Shown here one piece after another: positions 1 through 9,503 of a stretch of 64,000 nucleotides of DNA; positions within the stretch are counted from its first letter, which is position 1, and every line of letters starts with the position of its first letter. Made by a program: the position numbers and the translations under genes. Location of the stretch: the NCBI GenBank assembly GCA_031361295.1, contig JANMCN010000240.1, positions 4,505 to 68,504 on the forward strand, given 5' to 3'. This DNA comes from Acidobacteriota bacterium. GTDB taxonomy: Bacteria > Acidobacteriota > Vicinamibacteria > Vicinamibacterales > 2-12-FULL-66-21. The notes under the pieces were generated by a model, which worked only from the letters and a program-made list of their open reading frames with translations, did not search any database and was not told the DNA's origin.

Positions 1-581
1 CCTACTCAACGCACAGCAACGACGGCGCGGCGCAGAATGCGCAAGCCGCGACGCTGACGTTGTACAACACCATCGGCGCGCTCCCTGCAGGGACGTCGAT
101 CCTTCCGGCGCTCGGTGGTCAGTCGCTCGGACCAGGCACGTACTCGGTGGGCGCAGCCGACCTCGCGGGCCTGAGTACGCTGACGCTGAACGGCTCGGGA
201 ACGTACATCTTCAAGGTCGCGAGCTCCCTGACCGCGAACGTCGGTTCGAGGGTCAATCTGATAGGCGTGGATCCCTGCCAGGTCTTCTGGCAGGTCACGA
301 GCGCGGCCACTCTGAACGGCGTCAACTTCGTCGGGAACGTCGTGGCGCAGGCCGGTGTCACGCTCGGTACGAACGCCATTCTCACCGGCCGGGCGCTCAC
401 CACGGCTGCGGGGTCCGTGACGATGGCCGGCGCGAACACCATCGGTGGATGCAGCAGCAGTTTCGCGCCCGCGCCGCCGGGTCCCGGACCCGTGCCGACG
501 CTGTCGCAGTGGGCGATGATCGGCTTGACGGTGCTGCTCGCGATGGCGGGCGTGGCGGCGCTCCGCGCCCGGCAGGTCTGA
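1..581 (+). CDS. Secreted ice-binding-like (DUF3494-type) protein, 3' fragment, with IPTL-CTERM-like C-terminal sorting tail
   Basis: The frame is open from the window edge (YSTHSNDGAAQNAQAATLTLYNT...). Gly/Thr/Asn/Ala-rich solenoid-like segments are present (LNGSGTYIFKV, LNGVNFVGNVVAQAGVTLG, ILTGRAL). The C-terminus is PGPGPVPTLSQWAMIGLTVLLAMAGVAALRARQV: a PTLSxW motif, a TM helix and a basic tail. Confidence 0.6.
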   Translation, partial: YSTHSNDGAAQNAQAATLTLYNTIGALPAGTSILPALGGQSLGPGTYSVGAADLAGLSTLTLNGSGTYIFKVASSLTANVGSRVNLIGVDPCQVFWQVTSAATLNGVNFVGNVVAQAGVTLGTNAILTGRALTTAAGSVTMAGANTIGGCSSSFAPAPPGPGPVPTLSQWAMIGLTVLLAMAGVAALRARQV

Positions 582-622
582 TTCCGGACGCGGGGCGCGA
601 AGAACACGCCCCGACCGCCGGC

Positions 623-1279
623 TCAGTCGTGGACGACGACCGTCAGCAATGACGGGTTGATCGTGAGGCCGTCGACGTCGTACTCGATGAAGCCCAGCTT
701 CCTGAATTTGTTCAGGAAGAAATTCACCCGCGAACGCGTCGTCCCAATCATCTCCGCGAGCGTCTCCTGCGAGACCGTCGGCAGGACCCGCTGCGGCTTG
801 TCCCCTTTGCCGTAATGCGCGAGCAGCAGCAGCGTGCGGGCGAGCCGCTTCTCACTCGAGTTGAACAGCTGATCGATCAAATCCGCCTCGAGGCGCGCGT
901 TGCGCAGCAGCATGTACGCGATGAACTTGTCCGAGAACTCGAGGTCGGTGCGCAAGAGGCGAATCATGTGGCGCTTCGGGACCACGACCACCGTGCTCGC
1001 CATCGTCGCGCGGGCCGTCGCAAGGCGCACCGGGTGTCCGGCGAGCGCCCCTTCCCCCAGAAAGTCGCACGGCCCGAGCGTGGCGACGACCGCCTCTTTG
1101 CCGGCATGTGAAATCACTGAGAGCTGGATCCCGCCGATCCGCACGTACATCACGCTATCGCACGCGTCACCCTGCGAAAAGATGACGTCTCCCCGGGCGT
1201 ACGAGACGCCTCGCGTCGCAAGCCCCGCCGCTTCGAGGAAAGACTCCACGTCGAATGAGCGGATTTTCTTTAGAGGCAT
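623..1279 (-). CDS. Crp/Fnr-family transcriptional regulator (cNMP-binding domain + C-terminal HTH)
   Basis: 218 aa. It has a beta-roll cNMP-like region (GDVIFSQGDACDSVMYVRIGGIQLS...FLGEGAL) and an HTH (SQETLAEMIGTTRSRVNFFLNKFRKLGFIEY). Confidence 0.85.
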   Translation of the reverse strand: MPLKKIRSFDVESFLEAAGLATRGVSYARGDVIFSQGDACDSVMYVRIGGIQLSVISHAGKEAVVATLGPCDFLGEGALAGHPVRLATARATMASTVVVVPKRHMIRLLRTDLEFSDKFIAYMLLRNARLEADLIDQLFNSSEKRLARTLLLLAHYGKGDKPQRVLPTVSQETLAEMIGTTRSRVNFFLNKFRKLGFIEYDVDGLTINPSLLTVVVHD

Positions 1280-1542
1280 CGATATTGTTCAGACCAGCCT
1301 ACTCCAGTCGGGTTAGCACCAAAACGGACTGTATAAGACACGAAACGACTCTAAGGCGATATCACGCATTATAGAAGTACTACTTCGCCTGGAACCGACG
1401 CGCCGCACTACGAGAACGAGGGACTCCGTCCCGGTCGAGGCCGCCGCTCCGGACCGCCGCCGGCGCCTCGCGGCGCCTCCGCGATGACGCTCGCCGCCCG
1501 CGGACGCCCAGCGCCGCCGTTCATGACGGATTCATTTGCCGC

Positions 1543-4107
1543 GTGCCAGGATCACCGGGTCATATGCCGGCGATTGCCATGCTCCTTCTCCTGCTGGGGT
1601 CGTTCCAGTCCACTGGTCCGGAGACGCAGACGCTCCGCGGAACCGTTCGTGATCAGACCGGCGCGGTCCTGCAGGGCGCCCACGTCGAACTCGCGACTGA
1701 AACCGGCACGGTGGTCCGGGGGGTCCTCACGGATGCCAGGGGCGAGTACCGCATCGAGGGGATCGCCCCTGGCACTTACACGCTCACGATCGGGTTCGAA
1801 GGCTTCGCGCCCGCGAAGATCGCGGCGCGGGTGTCCGCGCGCCGCGCGCCCGCGCCCCAGACGGTCGTGCTCGGGCTCGCGTCGCAGTTCCAGGAGGTGA
1901 CGGTCGATGTGGGCGGGGACGTCGTGGCGGCCGCCGCGAACGGCAACCGGGACGCAGTGGTGCTCGACGACAGGGATCTGAAGAGCCTGCCGATTTTCGA
2001 TCGCGACATCGTGGGCACGCTGTCGCGCTTTCTCGACGCCTCGGCACTCGGCACCGGCGGCGTCACGCTCGTCGTGGACGGCATGGAGGCGCGCAAGGTC
2101 GGTGTCGCACCCTCGGCCATTCAGCAGGTGAAGATCAATCAGGATCCATATTCGTCCGAGTTCCCGCGCCCTGGCCGCGGCCGGATCGAAGTCGTCACCA
2201 GGCCGGGTGCGGACAAGTACAGGGGATCGATGGACGTCACGTTCCGCGACGCCAGACTCAATGCGCGCGATCCGTTCGCGGAGAGCCGCCCGCCAGAGCA
2301 GCGGCGGATCTACGAGGGTGTGATCGGCGGCCCTGTCGGCGACGGGAAGCGGACGTCATTTCTCGCGACGCTGGAACGCCGTGAGGAGAACGTCCAGGCG
2401 ATCGTCTTTGCCGAGGGGCCCACGGGGCTCCTTCGGGCAGTCGCCCCGCAACCCGACCGGCGCCTCGAGGTATCCGCCTCGCTCAGTCACCAGAGGGGCG
2501 CGCGGCACAACGTGTCGCTGCGGTTCACGAGCGAATCCTCGTCGACGCGGAATCGCGGGGTCGGTGGAACCACGCTTGCCGAATCCGGTGCGGACGATCG
2601 AGGACACGAAGCGCAGCTCGTATTCGGGGCGCGGAGCGTCCTGAGCGGCCGGCTGCTCAACGAGTTCCGCCTGCTCGTGGGTGACGAAGGGAGCTCGATC
2701 ATCAGCCTCCATCCGGGCCGCCGCATTGTCGTCCTCGATGCGTTCACCGCCGGTGGCGCGCAGGCCGACCAGCGCACGACCGAGGATCACGTCACGGTTG
2801 CCGAGTCATTGACATACGTGCACGGCAGACATCTCGTGAAGGGCGGCTTCCAGATTCCGGACTTCAGCCGGCGCGGGTTCGACGACCGATCGAACCGCGA
2901 GGGCACTTATACGTTTTCGTCACTCGGGGACTATGCGACTGGACGCCCGCTGAGCTTTGCGCAGCAGCAGGGCGACGGCAGGCTCACTTTTCTCCAGAAG
3001 GTGTTTGGCGCCTTCATCCAGGATCAGATCGCGGTGAACGATCGCCTGTCGCTGACCGCGGGGCTCCGCTACGACTGGCAGAACATCTTCACCGACACCA
3101 ATAACGTCGCACCGCGGCTGAGTCTTGCTTATGCCATCGACAAGAAGACGGCGGTTCGCGGCGGCGCCGGCATCTTCTACGAGCGGGCGGGCGACAGTGC
3201 GATCCGCGAAGTGCTGCGGTCCCGCGAAGACCGCCTGCGGCGTGTCGTCCTGCTGGACCCGACGTACCCCGATCCGTTCGGCGCTGCTGTCGCCGGAGCC
3301 GCCGCGCGCATCGTCGTCACGCTGGCGCCCGACATCCGCATCCCCTACACGACGCAGTACGGGTTTGGGCTCGAGCGCATTGTCAGGAAGGGGACGACGA
3401 TCGCGGCGAATTACCTCGGCTCTCGCGGCGTCGACCTGTTTCGATCGCACGATGTCAACGCCCCGCCGCCCCCGCTCTACACGGCGCGTCCGGACCCGGC
3501 GTTCGGGGCGATCAGGCGGATCGAGTCGACCGGGAGGCAGACCGCCCACTCGTTCCAGTTGATTGCTCGCGGCCTGCTTGCGCCGAGAGTGAAGGGGTCG
3601 GTGCAATACACGCTGGCGACCGCGCACAACGATACGAACGGGATCAACGCGCTGCCGGCAAACAACTACGATCTCGCACCCGAGTGGGGCCGTGCGGCGT
3701 TCGACCAGCGGCACCGAGTCGAAACCCTCCTGCAACTGAAGGCTGGCCGCTGGGCGGATTTCGGGGCCAGCCTGTCGCTCGGGTCAGGGCGCCCCTATTC
3801 GCTTCAGACGGGGCGCGACGATTACCACACCGGGCAGACGAACGCCCGCCCTCCGGGCGTTTCCCGCAACACGCTCGAGGGGCCCGGCTTTGCGCGGCTC
3901 GACATGCGGTGGTCGCACGAATTCGCTCTTCGATCCCGCAGCGGCGGAGAGCCCCCGGCGTGGACCATCGGGCTCGACGCCTTCAACATCGTCAATCGCG
4001 TCAACTACTCCGGGTTCGTCGGCACGCAGACGTCGCCATTCTTCGGCCGAGCCATCTCCGCCCAGCCCCCGCGCCGGGTGCAGCTCTCCGCCGGGCTTCA
4101 TTTCTGA
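1543..4107 (+). CDS. TonB-dependent-receptor-like outer-membrane beta-barrel with N-terminal carboxypeptidase-regulatory-like domain
   Basis: CarboxypepD_reg-like N-terminus (GTVRDQTGAVLQGAHVELA...RGEYRIEGIAPGTYTLTIGFEGF), then a long beta-barrel region that ends in a terminal aromatic residue (...QLSAGLHF). The start could instead be the ATG at 1564 (MPAIAMLLLLLG). Confidence 0.8.
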   Translation: MPGSPGHMPAIAMLLLLLGSFQSTGPETQTLRGTVRDQTGAVLQGAHVELATETGTVVRGVLTDARGEYRIEGIAPGTYTLTIGFEGFAPAKIAARVSARRAPAPQTVVLGLASQFQEVTVDVGGDVVAAAANGNRDAVVLDDRDLKSLPIFDRDIVGTLSRFLDASALGTGGVTLVVDGMEARKVGVAPSAIQQVKINQDPYSSEFPRPGRGRIEVVTRPGADKYRGSMDVTFRDARLNARDPFAESRPPEQRRIYEGVIGGPVGDGKRTSFLATLERREENVQAIVFAEGPTGLLRAVAPQPDRRLEVSASLSHQRGARHNVSLRFTSESSSTRNRGVGGTTLAESGADDRGHEAQLVFGARSVLSGRLLNEFRLLVGDEGSSIISLHPGRRIVVLDAFTAGGAQADQRTTEDHVTVAESLTYVHGRHLVKGGFQIPDFSRRGFDDRSNREGTYTFSSLGDYATGRPLSFAQQQGDGRLTFLQKVFGAFIQDQIAVNDRLSLTAGLRYDWQNIFTDTNNVAPRLSLAYAIDKKTAVRGGAGIFYERAGDSAIREVLRSREDRLRRVVLLDPTYPDPFGAAVAGAAARIVVTLAPDIRIPYTTQYGFGLERIVRKGTTIAANYLGSRGVDLFRSHDVNAPPPPLYTARPDPAFGAIRRIESTGRQTAHSFQLIARGLLAPRVKGSVQYTLATAHNDTNGINALPANNYDLAPEWGRAAFDQRHRVETLLQLKAGRWADFGASLSLGSGRPYSLQTGRDDYHTGQTNARPPGVSRNTLEGPGFARLDMRWSHEFALRSRSGGEPPAWTIGLDAFNIVNRVNYSGFVGTQTSPFFGRAISAQPPRRVQLSAGLHF

Positions 4108-4145
4108 CGGTACCGATCGGGCAGGCAGTAACATGCTGACGACCC

Positions 4146-4814
4146 ATGCGGATCCTGCTCGTTGAGGATGAGCCAAGCGCCGCCCGCTTCATCGCGAAGG
4201 GGCTGCGCGAGGCCAGCCATGCCGTCGACCTCGCAGCCGACGGCACGACGGCGGCGGAGCAGTGCCACGAGAACGACTACGACGCCGTCATTCTCGACGT
4301 GATGCTCCCGGGGAAAGACGGTGTGACGGTCTGCCGGGAACTGCGCGCGTCCGGCTCCGATGTGCCGGTTCTGATGCTGACCGCGCGTGACGCGGTCGAG
4401 GCCCGTGTCCAGGGGCTGGACGCGGGGGCCGACGATTACCTCACCAAGCCGTTTGATTTCCGCGAGCTCCTCGCGCGTGTGCGCGCGCTCACCCGCCGCG
4501 ACCGCCGTCCTCTCGCGCCCGAGCGCCTCGAAGTTCGCCACCTGACCATCGATGTGAGCGGGCAGCGCGTGTGGTCACGCGGGCGGGAGGTGGATCTGAC
4601 CAGCCGAGAATACGCGCTGCTCGAATTCCTCGCGCGGCGCGCCGGCGAAGTGGTGGGTCGCGCGGACATCGCTGAGCACGTGTGGGACGAACACTACGAT
4701 GCTTTTTCGAACATCGTGGACGTGTACATCCAGCGCCTCCGCCGCAAGCTCGATGAGCCGAGCGAGCCCTCCCTGATTCGCACCAGGCGGGGCCAGGGAT
4801 ACCAGCTCACGTAG
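4146..4814 (+). CDS. OmpR/PhoB-family response regulator
   Basis: REC domain (MRILLVEDE...DAVILDVMLPGKDG...LTARD) plus a winged-helix C-terminus (REYALLEFLARRAGEVV...IRTRRGQGYQL). Confidence 0.9.
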   Translation: MRILLVEDEPSAARFIAKGLREASHAVDLAADGTTAAEQCHENDYDAVILDVMLPGKDGVTVCRELRASGSDVPVLMLTARDAVEARVQGLDAGADDYLTKPFDFRELLARVRALTRRDRRPLAPERLEVRHLTIDVSGQRVWSRGREVDLTSREYALLEFLARRAGEVVGRADIAEHVWDEHYDAFSNIVDVYIQRLRRKLDEPSEPSLIRTRRGQGYQLT

Positions 4815-4822
4815 GGAACGCC

Positions 4823-6190
4823 GTGCACGTGTCACTCCGCACCCGCCTGACCGTCTGGTATTCGGTGCTCCTGGTGTTGACGGTGGCGCTGTTCAGCGCC
4901 TCGGTGCTCTGGCTGCACTGGCGCCTGCTCCTCGAGCAGCTCGACGACGGCCTGAGATCCATCAGCGTGACGGCGGGCAACGTCGTCGACGAGGAGATCA
5001 CGGAAACGAAGGATCTGCGGCTTGCGGCCGCCGGCATGGCCGCCGTGGTGCACCCGCCCGACTACAGCGTGGAGGTCCTCGATGCCGCGGGTGCGCCGAT
5101 ACATCGGACCGCGCCGCGAATGCCGCTGCCGTCCGAGGTGCTCCCGGCGGGCGTCACCCGTGCGACGCGGACGCTCGCGGCCGAAGACGACGAGCGGTGG
5201 CGGGTCAACATCAGGAGACGGGACGCACACGGGCAGCCGTATTTCGTCGTCGTCGGCACGCCGCTCCGGGAAGCGATCGAGCAGTGGCAGAGCCTGCTGA
5301 AGGCCTGCCTGATCGGCATCCCGCTGGCGCTCGTCGTGGCCGGGGTCGGGGGGCTGTGGCTCGTGCGGCACGGGCTCAGGCCGCTGACATCCATGACCGC
5401 CGAGGCGCAGGCGATCACCGCGGCCACGCTGGAAACCCGCCTGACGGTTCCGGCGTCGACACGCGAATTCGCGCAGATCGCCGGATCGTTCAATCACGTC
5501 CTGGACCGGCTCGGGAGCGCGCTGTCGACCCAGCGTCGCTTCATGGCGGACGCCTCTCACGAGCTGCGGACTCCGGTCTCCATCATGCGGACCGCGGCGG
5601 ATGTGACGTTGAGCCAGCCGACGCGGGACGAATGGGAGTATCGCGACGCCTTGACGACAGTCGCCCAGCAGGCCTCGCGGCTGACGCGACTCGTGGACGA
5701 CATGCTCGTGCTGGCGCGCGCGGACGGCGGCGGGTATCCGATGGCGTTTGCGCCGCTCGATTTCGCACGGCTCATTGAGGAGTGTGTCCGCGAGCTCGGC
5801 GCCCGCGCCGAGGACCGAGACATCCGGGTGCAGACATCACTCGAAACGGTCAGGCTGAAGGGCGACGAGGCGCTGCTGACGCGGATGCTGATGAACCTGC
5901 TCGGCAACGCGCTGGCGTACACCCCCGCAGGGGGCTCCGTTCACATTTCGCTCTCGAAAGCTGATGGGTACGCCGTGCTGCGCGTCGCGGACACGGGGCC
6001 GGGCATCCCTGAGGGCGATCGCGAGCGCGTGTTCGAGCGCTTCGTCCGGCTGGATCCGGCTCGTGGGAGCGGCGGTGCCGGGCTCGGCCTGGCGATCGCG
6101 CGATGGGTCGCCGAGGCCCATGGGGGCGCCGTGCGCATCGCGTCGAGCGGCCCCGGCGGGACGATTTTTGCGGCCAGTCTGCCCGCGTGA
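4823..6190 (+). CDS. Sensor histidine kinase (TM-HAMP-HisKA-HATPase_c), partner of the 4146 regulator
   Basis: H-box FMADASHELRTP, N-box LLGNALAYTP, G-boxes DTGPGIP and GGAGLGLAI. Located 8 nt downstream of the regulator. Confidence 0.9.
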   Translation: MHVSLRTRLTVWYSVLLVLTVALFSASVLWLHWRLLLEQLDDGLRSISVTAGNVVDEEITETKDLRLAAAGMAAVVHPPDYSVEVLDAAGAPIHRTAPRMPLPSEVLPAGVTRATRTLAAEDDERWRVNIRRRDAHGQPYFVVVGTPLREAIEQWQSLLKACLIGIPLALVVAGVGGLWLVRHGLRPLTSMTAEAQAITAATLETRLTVPASTREFAQIAGSFNHVLDRLGSALSTQRRFMADASHELRTPVSIMRTAADVTLSQPTRDEWEYRDALTTVAQQASRLTRLVDDMLVLARADGGGYPMAFAPLDFARLIEECVRELGARAEDRDIRVQTSLETVRLKGDEALLTRMLMNLLGNALAYTPAGGSVHISLSKADGYAVLRVADTGPGIPEGDRERVFERFVRLDPARGSGGAGLGLAIARWVAEAHGGAVRIASSGPGGTIFAASLPA

Positions 6191-6282
6191 CGCACGCATC
6201 CCTGTCATCGCATGCATGGTCGATTCACGTTGACGGCTGCCGGAGTGGCGCACGCGAGCGCCCTCAAGTTACGATCAATCCC

Positions 6283-7107
6283 ATGAAGTCGCGCGTCATC
6301 GTCGGCAGAATGCTGCTCGTCGGGCTGATGTGCCGGGCCGGTGTCCCGGTGGTCGCGCAGTCGGTGCCCGACGCCGCCCACACGTCCACTGCAATCGCGG
6401 AGTCCTCTCAACCGACCGGGCCCGCCGATGGAAAAGCTGCGGTCTCCGCCCCCTCGATTGGTTCGTTGTTCGGCGACCTGCGCCACGACGTCCGTCGCCT
6501 GCCCACGCGCACGAATGGCATCTGGCTCGGTGCCGCGGGTGCGCTTGCGCTGGCGGTGCATTCGAGGGACGCCACGCTGACGCGAAAGGCGGTTGCGTCG
6601 GATGGCCTCGACACGCTGGTCGAAGGAGGTTCGTTCGTTGGCGGCGGGCTCGTGCAGGCCGGGGCGGCGTTCGGCACCTACGCCCTCGGCCGCCTCACGA
6701 AGCATCCGAACCTCGCGATTGTCGGCGCGGACATGGTCCGCGGCCAGATCCTCAACACCGTGCTCACGCAGGGCACCAAGATTGCCGTCGACCGCCGGCG
6801 GCCGGACGGGAGCCGCTTCTCGTTCCCGTCGGGACACAGTTCAGCCACGTTCACGACGGCGACCGTCCTGCAGCGTCATTTCGGATCGAAGGCAGGCGTG
6901 CCCGCATACGTGATGGCCACATACGTCGCCGCCTCGCGGCTGCACGACAACAAGCACTACCTGAGCGATGTCATCTTCGGCGCCGGCATCGGCATTGTCT
7001 CGGGCAGAGCCGTGACTGTCGGGCGCGGCGCGAACACCTTCGCGTTCGGCCCGCTCCTGACTCCGCGCGGCGTGGGGGTGGCGCTGACGCGAATGGAGAG
7101 CCATTAG
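6283..7107 (+). CDS. PAP2-family (acid phosphatase / lipid phosphate phosphatase) membrane protein
   Basis: PAP2 motifs KIAVDRRRP, SFPSGHS and SRLHDNKHYLSDV. A signal/TM segment follows the ATG at 6283 (MKSRVIVGRMLLVGL). The upstream part of the 6103 ORF overlaps the kinase and is not credible. Confidence 0.8.
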   Translation: MKSRVIVGRMLLVGLMCRAGVPVVAQSVPDAAHTSTAIAESSQPTGPADGKAAVSAPSIGSLFGDLRHDVRRLPTRTNGIWLGAAGALALAVHSRDATLTRKAVASDGLDTLVEGGSFVGGGLVQAGAAFGTYALGRLTKHPNLAIVGADMVRGQILNTVLTQGTKIAVDRRRPDGSRFSFPSGHSSATFTTATVLQRHFGSKAGVPAYVMATYVAASRLHDNKHYLSDVIFGAGIGIVSGRAVTVGRGANTFAFGPLLTPRGVGVALTRMESH

Positions 7108-7160
7108 CGGACCTCGCGCACGTTCGGCGACGGGGTCGACTCAGTTTCTGGGGAGCGCCT

Positions 7161-7898
7161 TCACGTCGTGCGCTGCGGTGGCAGGCTGGCTGCCTCATCC
7201 TTTGGAACGTTTTCGAACGGCTCGTCGTGGCCCGGTATGATCAGTCCGTCGAACGCGCGGATAGCCGCCTGCGAGCCTCTATACGCCTCCGCCGACCACG
7301 GCGGCATCATCGGCGCACCGTAGACGTCTTCGTCCCGAATCAGCAGGGCGTCGCCGCAGACCAGCACCGCTCGGCGTGCCGTGGCGATCGCGAACGAGAC
7401 GTGGAACGGAGCATGGCCGGGCGTGTCAAGCGCCGTGATGCCCGAGGGCAGGGGGGTCGATTCGAGATGGGCCGCCTGATCGGGCCGCCCCCACCGGTTC
7501 GGGTCCCACAGGAGCTTCTCGATTCCCGCGATCTTCCTGACGATTTTGCTGGACGCGCCACTTCCCGCGAGATCCGGATAGAAGGCCGCGATGGCCGCCG
7601 GGCCGGGGTCTTCGGCCTCCGCCAGGACCTCGTGGAACCGCCGGGTCCACTCCCGGTCCCGCGCCGAGAAGAAAATGCGTGCCCTGGGGAACAACGCGTT
7701 ATTGTGTGAGTGATCGACGTGGGCGTGGGTGTTGAAGACCAGCGTCACCTCGTCGGGTGTCAGGTGCTCGCGCGCGAGCGCGCTGCTCAGCCCGCCGGCG
7801 TGCTGCGCGAGGCCGGTGTCGAAGATCGCGACCTCGTCGCCGCGTCTGGCGAGCACGGTGCTCGCGCGGGTGGCGCCGCCGCGCATCAGGATCGTCAC
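7161..7898 (-). CDS. MBL-fold metallo-hydrolase
   Basis: Motif THAHVDHSHN (HxHxDH) and downstream DTPGHAP. Only the 3' ~245 codons of the 605-aa ORF look like real protein. The likely start is the GTG at 7898 or the ATG at 7886. Confidence 0.75.
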   Translation of the reverse strand: MTILMRGGATRASTVLARRGDEVAIFDTGLAQHAGGLSSALAREHLTPDEVTLVFNTHAHVDHSHNNALFPRARIFFSARDREWTRRFHEVLAEAEDPGPAAIAAFYPDLAGSGASSKIVRKIAGIEKLLWDPNRWGRPDQAAHLESTPLPSGITALDTPGHAPFHVSFAIATARRAVLVCGDALLIRDEDVYGAPMMPPWSAEAYRGSQAAIRAFDGLIIPGHDEPFENVPKDEAASLPPQRTT

Positions 7899-7916
7899 GC
7901 TCCACGTCTCGTCGAC

Positions 7917-9503
7917 ATGAGTCGCGACGGAATGCACAAGTTTCTTCGGCTGAACCTTCAGTGGCGCGTCCTGGCGCTCGCCGCCGGAGCCATGACGCTC
8001 ATTCTCGTGCTCTCCGCGCATCTCCACCAGATCATTACACGAACGCTGATCGACGACGTGCGCTATAGCAGCGCCGTGAGCCAGACGGTCGCCATTGCCG
8101 AGCGGACTGCCGCGCTCAATCTGTTCGCCGACCACCGGGCCCTCGAGCGGGACATCCGCCTCGTCGCGACGAGCCAGCCCGACTTCGTCCAGATCGACGT
8201 CTACCAGCATGCTCCACTCGGCGGTCTCGTCCTGCTGGCGACGACGGTCCCCGGGGCGCCCCCCGTCCCTGCGCTCGACGGCACGACAGGGGACAACGCG
8301 CTCGGCGAGATGGACCGGTCCGTGCCGGGGGTGGTCACGATGGAAGTCGTCCGCGGCGGCACGCGGCACTGGGTCGTGTCCGTGGCGATCGGCGAACGCG
8401 GCGCGACGGGGTACGTGACAGCCCTCGTTCGCAAGAACCCATACAGCCCGATCAGCCGCGTCGTGCAGTTGCAGCACAGTCTCGTGCTGATGGGCGCGCT
8501 CGCGGCCTGTGTCTGCTGTCTCTATCTGCTCTTCGAGCACTCGTTCCGGCGGCCGGCGAAAGCCATCGTCGATGCGATGGCGCAGGCCAGGGGCGGCAGT
8601 TTCGCGGTCCGGGCACCGGTGCGTCGCCCGGACGAGCTCGGGGAGATCGCCCGCGACTTCAACCTGCTGATGGAAGACCTCAGTGCCCGCGACTTCGAAC
8701 GCGAGGAGCTCCTGCGGCGAATCGAAGGGTTCAACGAAACGCTGCGTCAGGAGGTTGCCCAGGCCACCGCGGATCTCCGCGTGGCCGACGAGGCATTGCT
8801 GCAATCGCAGCAGCGGCTGGGACGATCGGAACGACTGGCGGCGATGGGGCAGGTGGCGGCAACCATCGCGCACGAAATCGGCACGCCGCTGAACTCGATT
8901 TCCGGCCACGTCGGGCTGCTCGCCAGGGGACTGGCCGACGATGCGGAGGCGCAGCGGCGGGTGCGGATCATCAATCACCAGCTCGAATCAATCGTCGGCA
9001 GCGTCCGGGCGCTGCTGAGGCGCACGCACAAGGCCTATGTGCCGTTCGAGCCGATCGACGTGAACGGCGTGATCGTCGAATTGCTCCGCCTCGTCTCGCC
9101 GACCCTGGATGCGCGGGGGATTGTCGCACGAGCCGAGCTCGCGGATTTCCTGCCGCCCGTGCTCGCCAGTCGCGACGGGTTGCAGCAGGTGTTCCTGAAT
9201 CTCGTGAACAACAGCATGGATGCGATGTCTGCCGGAGGTCAGCTCCTGATTGCCACGCGCAGGGGGCCGAATGGATCGACCGAAGTGGTGGTCGAGGATA
9301 CCGGGCCGGGGATCCCGGCAGGCGCGTCCGACCGCGTGTTCGAACCGATGTGGACGACCAAGGCGACGGGCAGCGGCTTCGGCCTGGCCATTGTCCGGGA
9401 CATCATCGCCGCGTGCGGAGGCCAGATCGAGTACGACGAGTCCCTCACGACCGGCGCCCGGTTCAGGGTGCGGCTGCCCGGCGGAGTGATCCATGCCGCG
9501 TGA
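7917..9503 (+). CDS. Sensor histidine kinase (TM, HAMP, HisKA, HATPase_c), NtrB/AtoS-like
   Basis: HAMP (PDELGEIARDFNLLMEDL), H-box AATIAHEIGTPLNSI, N-box FLNLVNNSMDAM, G-boxes DTGPGIP and GSGFGLAI. The ATG at 7917 lies ahead of a TM segment. Overlaps the downstream NtrC-type gene by 11 nt. Confidence 0.8.
   Translation: MSRDGMHKFLRLNLQWRVLALAAGAMTLILVLSAHLHQIITRTLIDDVRYSSAVSQTVAIAERTAALNLFADHRALERDIRLVATSQPDFVQIDVYQHAPLGGLVLLATTVPGAPPVPALDGTTGDNALGEMDRSVPGVVTMEVVRGGTRHWVVSVAIGERGATGYVTALVRKNPYSPISRVVQLQHSLVLMGALAACVCCLYLLFEHSFRRPAKAIVDAMAQARGGSFAVRAPVRRPDELGEIARDFNLLMEDLSARDFEREELLRRIEGFNETLRQEVAQATADLRVADEALLQSQQRLGRSERLAAMGQVAATIAHEIGTPLNSISGHVGLLARGLADDAEAQRRVRIINHQLESIVGSVRALLRRTHKAYVPFEPIDVNGVIVELLRLVSPTLDARGIVARAELADFLPPVLASRDGLQQVFLNLVNNSMDAMSAGGQLLIATRRGPNGSTEVVVEDTGPGIPAGASDRVFEPMWTTKATGSGFGLAIVRDIIAACGGQIEYDESLTTGARFRVRLPGGVIHAA

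Noticed and set aside
6330-7709. 459-aa plus-strand ORF
   Set aside because: It is an out-of-frame overlap of the PAP2 gene and antisense to the MBL gene. The translation is extremely Arg-rich with no domain.
7899-8978. 5' two-thirds of the 605-aa minus-strand ORF 7161..8978
   Set aside because: Only the last ~245 codons encode an MBL-fold protein. The upstream part is antisense to the histidine kinase (clear HAMP/HisKA motifs on the plus strand) and is Arg/Pro/His-rich.
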